A DNA stretch of 63,423 nucleotides, counting the filler, from Choristocarpus tenellus KU-1152 (lineage: Eukaryota; Protista; Phaeophyceae), in NCBI GenBank assembly GCA_964200185.2. It is 10 parts of 10 records of this genome, joined end to end, with 100 filler letters (N's around TTAATTAATTAA, not from the genome) between each part and the next. Parts side by side here need not be neighbours in the genome. Positions count along the whole stretch, not along the records: positions 23,522 to 26,692 come from CAXNAD020021800.1; positions 26,793 to 30,000 come from CAXNAD020021530.1; positions 30,101 to 38,175 come from CAXNAD020005190.1; 7 more parts are not named here. The stretch is one strand, 5' to 3'. Below, piece after piece: positions 23,601 through 35,778 of the stretch (position 1 is the stretch's first letter; each line of letters begins with the position of its first letter). The notes beneath the pieces are model-generated. The model had not been told where the DNA came from and made no database searches. It worked only from the letters and a program-made list of their open reading frames with translations. A program made the position numbers and the translations under genes.

Positions 23601-25676
23601 CAGTAAGGGTCCCACTTTAGTGCGGTGTAGTGACAAAAAGCATTTACCGCACTATTGCGGGACCCCACATTATTCGTTAACGTTCCTGAATAGTGCGGTC
23701 ACTGCACTATTTGAGGAAATCATCTACATACGCGCGTATTTCAGAGTAATGACACGCCGAAAACACATACCTGGTATGACAGTATCGCCTACCGCACAAA
23801 AACAACGTGTGTGACCACGTGGATAACATGGAGTGTGATGAGAGGACGGTTGCGGTTGCTTGTTTCGGGTACTGTACTGCTGTATGAAGCTGTAGCTGTT
23901 GTGTTTGTGGCAGCGCATTCCGTACCATGCACATTGTGTCATATTGCATAGACAGCGGTACTGGGCAATGTACAGCAGTACTGTACAGTAAGTACTGCAT
24001 CCAGAAAGGGAATAACAGCAGTATGGTCCTGCTGTAGTGTTGTTGTATCTCACGTATATCATTGCAATACACGACACGTTTCAGAGTACGGCTCATGCTC
24101 AGAGCCCTGATGACGATCCATTCATACTGTACTCATTTTACCGCACGCCACACTCAAAATCCACCATGCATCAGAGCGCAGAGCAGGAGGACTGACTGCC
24201 CGTGCCCGAGCCTACTCGTCACTTCTGCACCGAACAGTAACCAAACAGGACCACCAGCGATACACCTGAAAATCAAGACAAAGTACAGCTGGATTTAAGA
24301 CACTGAACCACTACCACCCCGCTCTCCACTACATATCCCTCTCTGGTAGGCTCGCAAAGGCTCTAATGCCTGTCTATTGTACAGGCTTAGAGGCATGCCC
24401 GTTGATCATTGCCATCCTGGCCTTCTGTAGGTGGAAAGCGACCTCCTGCATGCCGCATTTCTTGGCGATGGTCTCCAAGTGATGGAAGTGGGAAGAAGTT
24501 CCGATTAAGGCAGAGGCACCTCAACTTCGCATCTCCCGGAGTCATCTTCCCCACCCTCTTTTTCATCGTCGGACATGTTTTCGGGTACCTCTTGCGTGTA
24601 CATGTTGTTTAAATACTCTGTAACCTCTTCCACCCCGTCGAGCTCCAGAGCCTCCACGAAATCCTCCTGGTCTTCTACCGTTGCCCACTCGTGAGCCCGC
24701 TCGATGGCGGTGGCGTTGGCACGCTGGCCCGGTGAAACGTGCAGGCTTTCCCTGAATGCACAAAACAGTGCACACATCTTCTGTAGTGGTAGAGAAAATA
24801 AAGTGAACCTTTAAAAACACATATATACTGCTGTACAGCAGTGTTTCTGTATGTACTGTTGTACAACACACAGCATCACGCAAGCAGCAAGAAAAAGAGA
24901 TCCTCTCTTCCACGCACCTCAGGAAATCGTCCTTTTCTCACGGCCTTGGCGTTGATCTCGCATGCTGAGGCTGTGGCGCCCCGGTTCTTCAGTTATTCCT
25001 TGCTACTGGCGATGTTCGACACCGTTCTCGTGTTGCAGCGTGTACCTCCGAGCTATCTCGGTGTGAGTAACCTTTTGGCCCAGCAGCTCCACAACTTCCA
25101 GCTTCTGCCCCAGAGTCAGCCGTCCGCGGGACGTGCATGCTGCTTTCTTGGCGGCTCCAGGCCCTCCCAAGGAAAATGCTGCACTAAGTTTGCGCTTGCC
25201 CGCGGCAACTTGCTGGGACTGCTTGGCAGCAACACATGTGGGGCAGATGCGGTGAAATTCGTTGCCGCTCTCCAGCTCCACTTCACCACAGGTGCCGTGG
25301 AGCCGGCCACCACACCCTCCTTGGCATACATGGCCGTTAGATTCTTTTGGGGTCATGTCGGGAAACAGGGATAGCTCACCTGCAGCATAGGACATCGCGT
25401 GGTACACGCCTACTGCTGCACAACAGTAGTACTGCTGTAGAACAGTATGGCAGGTTTTCTCTCTGTGTGTGCGGTGTGTAGAGAGAGAATGTGTGGTGAC
25501 CACACTATTCAGGGTCATCATGACCCCCTAACCGCACTATCGGGGGTACATCCCTCCATAGTGCGGTAAGTGCGGTTACCGCACTATGGGGGGACCGAAG
25601 TCGCGCCAAGCGATTTTAACCGCACTGTTGCGAGACATGAACTATTCCGGGCAGCACTAAAGTGGGAACCTTACTG
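23601..25676 (-). mobile_element. Internally deleted pogo/Tigger-like (Tc1/mariner superfamily) DNA transposon, 2.08 kb
   Basis: 23-bp TIRs cagtaagggtcccactttagtgc (23601-23623) and gcactaaagtgggaaccttactg (25654-25676; 1 mismatch), TA on both flanks, subterminal ACCGCACTAT repeats. The minus strand encodes a Cys/His finger plus a CENP-B N-terminal/psq-type HTH (RGRLTLGQKLEVVELLGQKVTHTEIARRY) and an acidic C-terminal piece; no DDE domain seen. Confidence 0.9.
24505..25395 (-). pseudogene. pogo-like transposase remnant (PHD-like finger + HTH + acidic tail; frameshift, stop, catalytic core deleted)
   Basis: ORF 25003..25521 reads HVCQGGCGGRLHGTCGE..HRICPTC..RLTLGQKLEVV; a frameshift continues RTVSNIASSKE*..KAVRKGRFPE|gt; ORF 24505..24777 gives the acidic segment. 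Confidence 0.75.
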
Positions 25677-26039
25677 TACACAATTTGGTCGCTTCCATTA
25701 AAAAGTCCAAAATAAGAAATTACAATATTCATCACCGTACATCAAAAAATAAATCAATTAATCATTTCACTTGATCTGACTAATTCAAAACCCTATTGGT
25801 CATGCTTCTTCACAATGGATGTAGACATTTGTTCACCTCCCTACGCACAAACCACCAGTTAACCCTAACAAATGACAAAATATTTTTCAATCCTTCAAGA
25901 GCAAAAGCACGCGAACAAGGGTACTTCATCATACTTCAACCGATCCCCAACCATTCTTGTCGTCAATAAAAGTCCAAATTCAAAAATCCTCAAAGCAGTG
26001 ACTGCGCATTTTGCTGGACATACTCTAATAGAACTATAA

Positions 26040-26190
26040 CTAAGTGTAATACACACACGTATCTACGAAATACACCTTCAACCCCTCACGTATAAGCAAG
26101 TTACCCAAAAATCGCGATATGGTAAAATGGACCCCAATTGGACACCAACCTGGACACCAACCCCGCCCCGCCCCCCCAGATACTCTGGCC
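26040..26190. mobile_element. Degenerate MITE family 2 copy
   Basis: Ends ccccagatactctggccc with internal aaatggaccccaattggacacc. Confidence 0.6.
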
Positions 26191-26839
26191 CTTTCCACAA
26201 AGGCTACTCCTCAGACTCTATCACTGCTCTCATGGTCTTAGGTTCTGGTGGGAGGGGTTTATCTTTCGCTCCCACAAGTAGACCAGCAGCCGGTCTTTCT
26301 CACACCGTATTGTACGCTCTGATGGTTCACCAGGTTCAGGTGGGCGGTCGTGGTTATGATCCGCTAGTCGCAGTAACAACCTTCCACTACTCCCCCTGCT
26401 GTGACGTAGGTGGATCCAAACCACCAGCACCAGTGTTCAGTATCCCATCAGTACTTCCATTCTCCATAGTGTTCTCCACATCTATTCCACCTTCCCCACT
26501 TCCAAATTCCAAATCCAAACCCACTTTTTCAAAAGGCACCCGTTCTGAAATCATTTCCTCTGGAACAACTTCTTCCGATCCCAAAGGAATTTCCTTCAAC
26601 ACCAAATCCCCAGTCCTCACTCCAAAGTCCTCTTGGCTCAAATTATCTGGGAGGGGGTGGAGACTGTCCATTTGGGGTGAATTTTTTCATAANNNNNNNN
26701 NNNNNNNNNNNNNNNNNNNNNNNNNNNNNNNNNNNNTTAATTAATTAANNNNNNNNNNNNNNNNNNNNNNNNNNNNNNNNNNNNNNNNNNNNCCAAACGG
26801 TATTAAGCCGAGGTCCGCCCACGTACCGTTTTGGCGGTT

Positions 26840-27156
26840 ACCAATCTTGATTTTTTTCTGAAAATGTTGACCGCAAGTTCATCAACCATCAGCATATCAA
26901 ATGAAAGCTTGGGATCTAGGCTATCGATTTACGCAAAGGAATTCTATGGCAAAAAAATATTTTTGGTCGAGAAAGTTCATTCTGAAACATTTTCAAGGTT
27001 CTGCCGAAAACATTCAGTCAAAATTTAACCTTACCAAAATCATTTTGCAAAATATTATTTTCCCAGAAATCGATAGCTTAGATCAAGAGCATTCATTCGA
27101 TATGCTGATCGTCGTTTAACTCGTTGACGAACCGTTTCAAAAAAATCAAGACTGGT
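26840..27156. mobile_element. Foldback/MITE-like element with ~90-bp imperfect inverted arms
   Basis: 26840-26929 (accaatcttgattttttt..tcagcatatcaaatgaaagcttgggatctaggctatcgatt) is the approximate reverse complement of 27068-27156 (aatcgatagcttagatcaagagcattcattcgatatgctga..aaaaaaatcaagactggt). Confidence 0.75.
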
Positions 27157-27975
27157 CTGATCCTAGAGGTTACTGCCAACACTATGGGACAAATACATTT
27201 ATTATTATGTGCTCTCACATTTTCCAGATGTATCAGGGGGAAAAAAGCCAATTCAATATCATGAGAACTCTTGTAAAGGTAATTGTGGAAAATACGCAAG
27301 ATCTCTCTAAAATGTATTTACAATTTGATTGATTGCCACCTTCAGGTGACTACAACAATATTGTCTTGATTATTATAGTACAACGTGAAGAATCCTAGAA
27401 AAGGAATGTTGTAGCAAGTAACATAGCAAGTTGCAAGGATTGAATGACGCATGAAGGTTGTAGCAAGCGACACAGAGAATGAGTGATGTTTTATTAGAAT
27501 TTGAATGGTAAGGTGACGACCACCTTTAAGCTTCGAGGTTCACTCCTTCCTTCCACCTTCCTTCCACCTTCCTTACTTCATGTGTGCATCCTGTTTTGGA
27601 TATTAAGGAATTAATCGAGTTATTTACATACACAAGTCTTGGGAGCACCAATTTCTTTGACATATATCATCATTCCATAAGCAATCTGTCACTCATGCAT
27701 TGAAAACACATGATACTTTAAGACATATCTTCACTCCGTCCATACTGTTTTGGTTCTTGCATCTTTTAGATTGTTCCCAGAAAATTAAACACAGTGTACC
27801 GTGTTCTTTCTATTGTGTTAAACGATACAAATTTGGGTATTGCCTCTTCATCGCAGTTCGTCTTACAAACATTTTTGACTATTTTTTTCCAACCAGGTGA
27901 CTTCACGGAGTTTAAAAAAATTAGTCCAATTTTAGTGTTTAAACAACAAATAGATTTTAGAACAACTTGATTAGT

Positions 27976-28378
27976 GAATCGTGTGATTCTGTGGTGGCGT
28001 GGTTCACTCAGGCAAGGGTGAAGAGAATCTCAAGGCAAGACGGACCAGACGAACAACGACGAACCGTAACCGAGGGTACGAGGTTAAGGCTGGGTATGTG
28101 CAAAAATTGAGGAGTCATGAGCATCTTCAAAGAAGGGCCTCATGACTACAAGTCAAGACATGAGAACAAAGTGGATCTTCCATGTGTGACGACTCTGAAT
28201 GACAAACTGTCCCAAGTCTGTGGGATTGGTCTTGTGCAGAGATTCCATGGTTTCATTCTGACGGAAGGTCCGCCAGTGGAATCATGGATGCTTGACAAGG
28301 AACCTCAATCGGTTGTATGGTGTAATGGTATATGGCATACGACGGCAATAATGGCATAACAACAGACAAACATGCTTT
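27976..28378. repeat. ~400-bp dispersed repeat, copy 1 (possibly LTR or retroelement-derived)
   Basis: Highly similar to 52860-53253 (gaatcgtgtgattctgtgg...ggaacctcaatcgg...catgctt); lies next to Gypsy relics. Confidence 0.85.
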
Positions 28379-28639
28379 CCACATCACCCCCCCTTCTGAT
28401 AGGTCTGAAGCCATGTAAACGTTATTCAAGGTCAACCAAAAGGTGAACTCTAGGAGCGAAATGGGGAAGCATGTGTGACTGTTAGTATACTGTTGCACCA
28501 TTGTATTACACGACTCTATTAATACCAAATGAAGTGTAAAATAGAAACGAGGCACACAATTAATATCTGATCAGGATAACTTTGGTCTAAAGGTTGATGG
28601 TGTGTGGTCAGCACACTCATCAAGCTTACGAGGTCTGAG

Positions 28640-29100
28640 AGTATGGGATCAGCGTATCAATCAGCCTAAAGACGAGGCGAGAGGCGTATGTGGCCAGCAT
28701 ATAGCGTCTCTAGAATCTTGTATAAACAGAGGATACACCGAGAATGGGGATACGAGGAGTAAACACTATACGCAATGTCAACAAAACGATTTGACAAGTA
28801 TTTGTCATTCGACATTGCTATACAGGTGTTATACGATGATTTGATCACCACTCCGATGCGTGAAAACAACATCGCGTGTTACATGACCAAATCAACACAG
28901 CAAATGACGAGATCAAATGTGTGCACCCATTCTCCTTCCTCAATTCTGACTTCGATTGAAATATTGTTCACGATAACAATATTCCAAGTGGACAACTCGG
29001 ACGTACGAAGTTGGTGGCTCAAGTCTCCTAAAACGATAAGAGGTGACTGTAGGGTCATTACATCATGTCGGGGGAATCATGCCACACGAAAAAAATAATA
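28640..29100 (+). mobile_element. Degraded Ty3/Gypsy pol fragment (RNase H and integrase zinc-binding region)
   Basis: Frames read ..SVSRILYKQ..WGYEE*TLYAMSTKRFDKYLSF.. (RNase H-like) and VHDNNIPSGQLGRTKLVAQV..GHYIMSGESCHTKK (H2C2-like). Confidence 0.55.
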
Positions 29101-29779
29101 TATGAGTAACATGTATGGCTCACCTGAACTCTCCATCTCTTACCTGGTGGTAGACTTGAATCTTCATTTTTTTTCTATTTTAGGATGGGATTAGTCATTT
29201 TATGATGGTCTATAAATCCATTTCATGAAAGCGTGACATGATGTAATGAACAGTCACCTTTAGCACACACGAGCTAATATATAATGTGCCAGGTAATAAC
29301 ACGGTCTCTTCACCACCACATGTGTCCACTCATGCAAAGGAGGAGAGTTGAGAGATAAAATTAATTATATATATATTTATCTACATCCACCATCATTTAT
29401 GTATAGTCTATTTGCAACGATTGATAAGCTTGGTAAACATGGCATGCCAAGTCAGAGCTGGACGTGAACAGGTTAACTGGCATCAGTTACCAGTTATCTC
29501 ATCTCTTCACAAATCGATAGACTATACCCATCTATGACGAAATGACACACAAACGATTTGTCTAGACTAGATGAACAACCTATATAAAGGATTATAGTAT
29601 GTGGGTACAACGAGATCTGGCCAAGGGACCTGTACCACATGTACACATGATAATCTCTTTACTGAAACAATAGGTTACGACATGACGGCAATGCATGATA
29701 TACAGACTATTCAAAGGAGTATGATAACCGTAAATACTAATTCTCAAGTTTATACACGAGGGACGAGAATTTTACTGGT

Positions 29780-30000
29780 TATCCAATCCATTTACTGCAC
29801 AATAGGCTGCAATCATTTCACGGCATTATGGGATCTGTTCTATTCTTTTGAGAAGATCACAAGACAGTCCATAGCCACAAAGACGAAAGCGATAGATAAT
29901 ATTAGTGGACGAACGACGACCAGGACCAGATCTATGTCCAACAATGCTATTAATAGTATATTGGCCAATAATAGGTTGAGAGATTTGATGGTCTACATCC
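29780..30000 (-). mobile_element. Gypsy integrase C-terminal chromodomain-like relic
   Basis: Reverse strand reads QYTINSIVGHRSGPGRRSSTNIIYRFRLCGYGLSCDL..EQIP*CREMIAAY, a chromodomain-like pattern with an internal stop. Confidence 0.5.
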
Positions 30001-33000
30001 NNNNNNNNNNNNNNNNNNNNNNNNNNNNNNNNNNNNNNNNNNNNTTAATTAATTAANNNNNNNNNNNNNNNNNNNNNNNNNNNNNNNNNNNNNNNNNNNN
30101 CTGGTTACAGGCTCCACAATCATACAACTGAAGACCCCCTACCACCCCCCCATGAAAGAAAGATGCGGTGTAATGGAATACAATTAAGAGAGGCTTAGTG
30201 AGACCTCAATCAAAAAGGTGCATTGTGTGCAGAGATGCGTAGGTGATTGTATCACGGGCAACAGAGGTACTGGTGATACACACCTGTAGGAAGGAATTTG
30301 AACGTAAATAACCAATCTCAGGGTTGCTGCTTTTGCTCAATACAAATGCTGCATATTTCGTGATAAATACCACTCTGGGCGGGACGTTCGATCTTGCTTC
30401 TGGTGAAAGGCTGTTGATGCATTTGACAAAATGTCTACCTTGTCCGCTCCTGACAGGTGGTGATGGTGAGGCTGTTCACAACAGCGACACATTGAAATTT
30501 AGGAGACAGAACACTCCATTCAACTGTGTGAGACAATGAGGACGAGGACACGTTCAACACTCCTGGACAGCAGCAAGGACTGTCGCTGAGTGATAAAAGC
30601 GTTTCCTCTTGCTCACAGACAACCCTTGCTGATGACTAGTGATCCAGTCCATTTCCTCAAGATCGTTGTCCTGCGATGTTGACACTAGCATACAGTCCTT
30701 TCCCTTCAATATGTCACCGTCATCACCAGCTCCACTACCACTTGTCAGAGGCTGTAAGGATGGGCACTTTGCCACATGCATCAACGGATCTTGCTCAGAG
30801 GTAGGATGCAATATCCCAACCAGAGTGGTAAGGGTCGAAGAAGGCGGTATCTATGATGGGCAAGGTAACGACCCTGGGATAAGTTGTACATTTACAAAAA
30901 TCTTTACTAGCAATCAAATTCAAGTTCAGAATTGAGATGCAAACAACGAACGAGATAGGCAATGAAATATCATCGTGAAGGTGGGAGGCGGAGGTGGCAC
31001 TAACATTCTTAAGTTGACAATATAGTAGAAATTCAACCTCTAACACCTCGAGAGACGTTAACATCCTCCTACTGTTTGATGGAGATAGGAGTCCTATAAA
31101 GGGCTTTCCTTCTCTCAACGTAGTAGAGAGAAATCTCCAGTACTTCTTGGAAGTGGACCTTCTTCTCTCACCCAAGGAAGCACATCTCCTACCCATCACA
31201 TGATTGTATGGTAAACTTTGATCCCTCCGCACCTTCCCAGCGCATAGCCCCGTGCTTCCCATACCTTGGTGCTCCCATCACTGAGGAGTAGTGCGGCCGT
31301 CATCTCCACTCCCAGCCCCTTGGTGGACGTCACTGTTGCTGGGATCCATCCATCAGTCTCATCTTTCATGAAGAGAAGCTGCCCTACTTCCAGTGAGAGC
31401 ACCATGATCGCTACCTCCAACCCTAAATGAACACTATGCACAAATTGATGGTAGTACTCGAGTGGTTGTAACAAAGAGTTACTGATAACAATTTGCTGAT
31501 ACCCGCACAACATAAACACGGACAGAAAAGTGAACGGAAGTTGAGGTCGTACAGTCAATTAGTTACGGTGTGGCACTGGAGAATGTCATCTTTTGGCGAA
31601 GACACGACAGGCACAGGATGTAAACTTTGTTCAACTTGATATCAAATAGAGAATGAAATGAAACAGGGTTGACTCAAGCATTTAGGTTTGAAATCTCGCT
31701 ACCCACTACCTGTGTACGCTATTCTAATATCAGGTCAAATCGCCTTGATACAAACTATCTCTATCATTTTACCTTGCGTCCCACTTCTACTGGGGAAATC
31801 TATCACCAATCTTCCCCCCAACAGTGAGGTTCTACTGCTACAGGCGTGGGGACCGCCTCAGAGCGGCGGGGCCTAGGTTTGCAGTTGTTGATGACCCACA
31901 CTTCTACAGTGAGAATATGTAGTTGTATTTGATGAATAATTTGGTGATCAAACCAGAACCAGAAACCAGAACCTCTCCAATCCTTACTAAATTTTGAAAG
32001 TATATACAAAAAAAATTCCCAAAATATCTAAAATATCTAAAATATCGAAAAAAATCACAATTATTAAAAAGACTCTAAAACGCCATTTAACGGCTCTTTC
32101 GGGAGGTGAAACTGGTGTCAATTACGTAGATGTTATTCGACCTTCATCTTATCACACCTCACATTAGACACCCACAACAGCGATCTAAAGTCTTCTTCAG
32201 GTCAATCCGGAGGAAGTCTAACAATTTTTCGTGGTTATGCGGACCAATATTTGTTGGATGACCGGAGGAACGCTCCGATAATTGAGCTCGGCGTGTGACA
32301 TATCTAAGCAACTGGGACCTGTTCGAGTTTGGTGTAGGTTCTTAACGCCTGTCTGGACCAATCTCAGGCAAGGACCAACAAGTTGAAGAAAAGGGAAATC
32401 GTATATACAGTTTCGTTGAGAAAACGACCTGTTGGTCCTCTTCTAGTTCAGCGTATATCAAAATATATTGACCTACCACATGAACTCTATTGATAATTCG
32501 TTAACAGGCCTTGTGCAACAACTATATATCCTACATAAATTTTTTTCGTCACAACTATAGTGTGAAATCTATGTAAGCAGAAGATCACTAATCCACGCTC
32601 TTACCCCTGACCAGCAGCAGACTATAGATGTATGAGCTCCCATCGATATAGATATTACACGAGGATCGACATTTCTTCCTCCGAGCGACGCTATCTATAG
32701 GGCACAGATCGAGACGATGCAGAACGTGTGTCGAGAAGAATTCTTCGCGAATATCATCACTGGGTTACATGGACGAAAGGTGAGCTACTCCGACACCACC
32801 CCTCTTGATGGTTGAACAGAAAACCGGAACCCAACCTATCAACACTAGAAGTTGGTGTCAGTCCAAACACCAGACCACGACATGATCTCGCAACTATAGT
32901 TAAGGTGACTTGTCCGAATCCATTGTCATGTAGCCTTGCAAGAAGATTTACGAGGAAGACAATCTAGTCGGGGTCTGATACGACCTGTGTGTAGAAGCCT

Positions 33001-33956
33001 ACGACAAGCAAAAGTTTACACAGAACAAGGAACCGTTTTTTGTTTTTATCATGTCCTCCATCACTCTCGTTCTCATCTTGTGATTGCCGCATATAACGAG
33101 TTTGCTGAGAATCTGCCTTTTGAAAAAAATTCTGCGAGTCGGTTGAAATGATGGATTAGGGAAGAACTATAATTCTCTTGACAAGAAGGAGCCACTTTTA
33201 TACTCAACATTCTTTCCAAATTTTGCTCCTCTAGTCCACCTTATCCCAGCGGTGGTTACATTCCACTGAGGAAACAAGTTGTCGTCGTGGTTATTGCACA
33301 GTTTGAATAAAAAAAATTGACTTCAATTTGTTTCACAATCCCTTAATGTTCTCTTACATTGCTCTTGGATAATAGCGATATTTATTCCAACCAATAAAAT
33401 TTTCTTAATTCCTGCAACATTGTTGGACAGATTAGTCATCCCACTAAGCCCACAGTTCCAACACAACAACACGTTAGCAATATGAATGCCCTTATTATAG
33501 CAACAACTCTGATCACATTGCCCTCTCTCTGGGTGTGATGCTCATTTAGACCTTCCCCTTATGCACCCCTCAGAGCACAGGTGATGATGTCCTATCCCAG
33601 ATCAAGGGATCAAAGGCCTTGCAGCTCTTCATGGATGACCCTAGCACACAGATACTCTCTGCCAGTATTGTATCTGGGGGTATTAGAATGAGCAACGGTC
33701 CTGGAAGGGGAGCCAATGAAGGCGAGTGAATGAGCCAAAGTAAATTAGAGGCACCCAGGTTTTCACTTTTTTGCATTTTAAGCCACTTTTAAAATCTTTG
33801 GCCATTCACCTATATTTCTATGGACAAAGTACTAAAATTGACTTGAGAATGTTGATTTCTCTCTTGTTGAAATTGTTTGACAGAATATATAAATTCCCAA
33901 GACACATTTGAAAAAAAAACTGAATATGCACAGATTTATATCAGCATCCTAACAGT

Positions 33957-34205
33957 GAGTGAAAGTATCTTAGAGGTAACGATTTTTGCCCTGTTTGTCC
34001 ATTTGGGGCTTGGCTTTCCTCGGGGTTTTATTTAACATTTTTCTTGCCCAAAATATTTCAGTAGGTAAAATGTATATGTTATGTGTCCCAAAGATGGATA
34101 TTGACACTTGCGAACAAACACGACAGCCAAAATTACATCAAAATCGCAACATTGAATTTTGACCCACAAATGGATGCGGCTCTACCCTCTAAGATATTTT
34201 GGTTC
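33957..34205. mobile_element. MITE family 1 copy
   Basis: gagtgaaagtatcttagagg...ctaccctctaagatattttggttc. Confidence 0.88.
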
Positions 34206-34669
34206 AAATGCAACCCTGGGTACATCTTGCTTACTTTGACTCAATATCAACTCAATATCAACTTGGGCCAGTTGCTGTAACCACCATTTCCTCCACGGAG
34301 GTAAAAAATGGCATGTACACTAATCACTCCTTGGAGAGTGATCTCATCAACCGCAACAGCTTTGGAAATAAGATACTCTGGAGGATATGAAAGGGTCTTT
34401 TGCGTTTGGACAGAAATGCTTTGAAACATGCTTCTAGTGCTCCTTATCTAGTGCATACCTACCTACAGCATTACTCTAGGGCGTTCTGTAGCTTCCATGA
34501 GAGGGCTAGCCTCTGCCTCTCTTGCTAGAAGCTTTTTTAGAGCAATAATCAATGAACCAGTTAGCAATTGCAAAACACAACCGTTCACAACTTCTTTTGG
34601 CAAAGTGGTACCTGTTACAACTAAGTTTGGCGAGATTAAGACACACAAATGCATATTTATGTACATTAC

Positions 34670-34929
34670 GAGCCAAAGTATATTAGGGTTAGGGTAGGGC
34701 TGCGTCCATTTGGGGGCCAAAATCCAATGTTGCGATTTTGATGTGATTTTGGCTATCGCGTTTGCTAGGAAGTGTCAATATCCTTGCTCCAGACACACCT
34801 TTTCATAGCGTATATGTTACCTACTCCGAAACATTTTGGAATAGGAAAATGTAATTAAAAAATCCATGGGAAGCCTAGGTTAAATGGAAAAACAGGGCAA
34901 AACTTGTACCCTCTAAGATTCTTTCACTC
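34670..34929. mobile_element. MITE family 1 copy, opposite orientation, 4-bp TSD TTAC
   Basis: ttac|gagccaaagtat...ctaagattctttcactc|ttac. Confidence 0.9.
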
Positions 34930-35174
34930 TTACAGGGATTATTTCATGACGGTACAAAAATGACAACATATATTCCACAAAAGGTCTTAGGCTACTCCTA
35001 ATCTCAGCCAATAGAATGTCTTCACCTTGCTGCCTCCCCAGCATAACTGTCTCAATCTTAATTTGATATCTTCACCATCACTCTGTTGCAGCCCTGGTGC
35101 TAGAGTCTTCTGCTGCATCGGGCAATAGCCTTCATGCTTATCAGCTCAACTTGCTTTGAATGTCAGAAGTATAT

Positions 35175-35432
35175 GAGTGAAAGTATCTTAGAGGGTATGA
35201 GATTTGCCCTGTTTGTCCATTTGGGGCTTGGTTTCCCATGGGGTTTTTTATGACATTTTCCTACTCTGAAATGTTTCTGAGTAGGTAAAATGTATACGTT
35301 GTGAAAAAGTGTGTCCAAAGCATAGATATTGACACTTCCTAACAAACACGATATCTAAAATTACATCAAATTGCAACATTGGATTTTGACCCCCAAATGG
35401 ACGCAACTCTACCCTCTAAGATAATTTGGCTC
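35175..35432. mobile_element. MITE family 1 copy, 4-bp TSD ATAT
   Basis: atat|gagtgaaagtatcttagagggta...taccctctaagataatttggctc|atat. Confidence 0.92.
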
Positions 35433-35520
35433 ATATTCACTCTCGAAAATCATCTGTTGTTGTAGGGCAACAATTGTCTCTACTGTACCAGTGCCTCACA
35501 CCAAGAGGTGGCTTTCCCCT

Positions 35521-35778
35521 GAGTGAAAGTATCTTAGAGGGTACGAATTTTGCCCTGCTTGTCCATTTGGGGCTTGGCTTCACATGGGTCTTTTTATGAC
35601 ACTTTCCTACTCCAAAATGTTTCGGAGTAGGAAAAAAGTATATGTTTTGAAAATTCGTGTCTGAAACATAGATATTGACACTCCTAACAAAAACGATAGC
35701 CAAAACTACATCAAAATCGTAACATTGGATTTTGACCCCCAAATGGACGCGGTTCTACCCGCTAAGATACTCTGCCTC
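35521..35778. mobile_element. MITE family 1 copy, 4-bp TSD CCCT
   Basis: ccct|gagtgaaagtatcttagagggta...ctaagatactctgcctc|ccct. Confidence 0.92.

Noticed and set aside
30120-31560. Several 85-155 aa minus-strand ORFs
   Set aside because: No recognisable motif and frames broken by stops; probably a decayed repeat, left unassigned.
32100-33150. Possible Copia RNase H relic
   Set aside because: Only a faint KYIDL-like string; too degraded to support a call.
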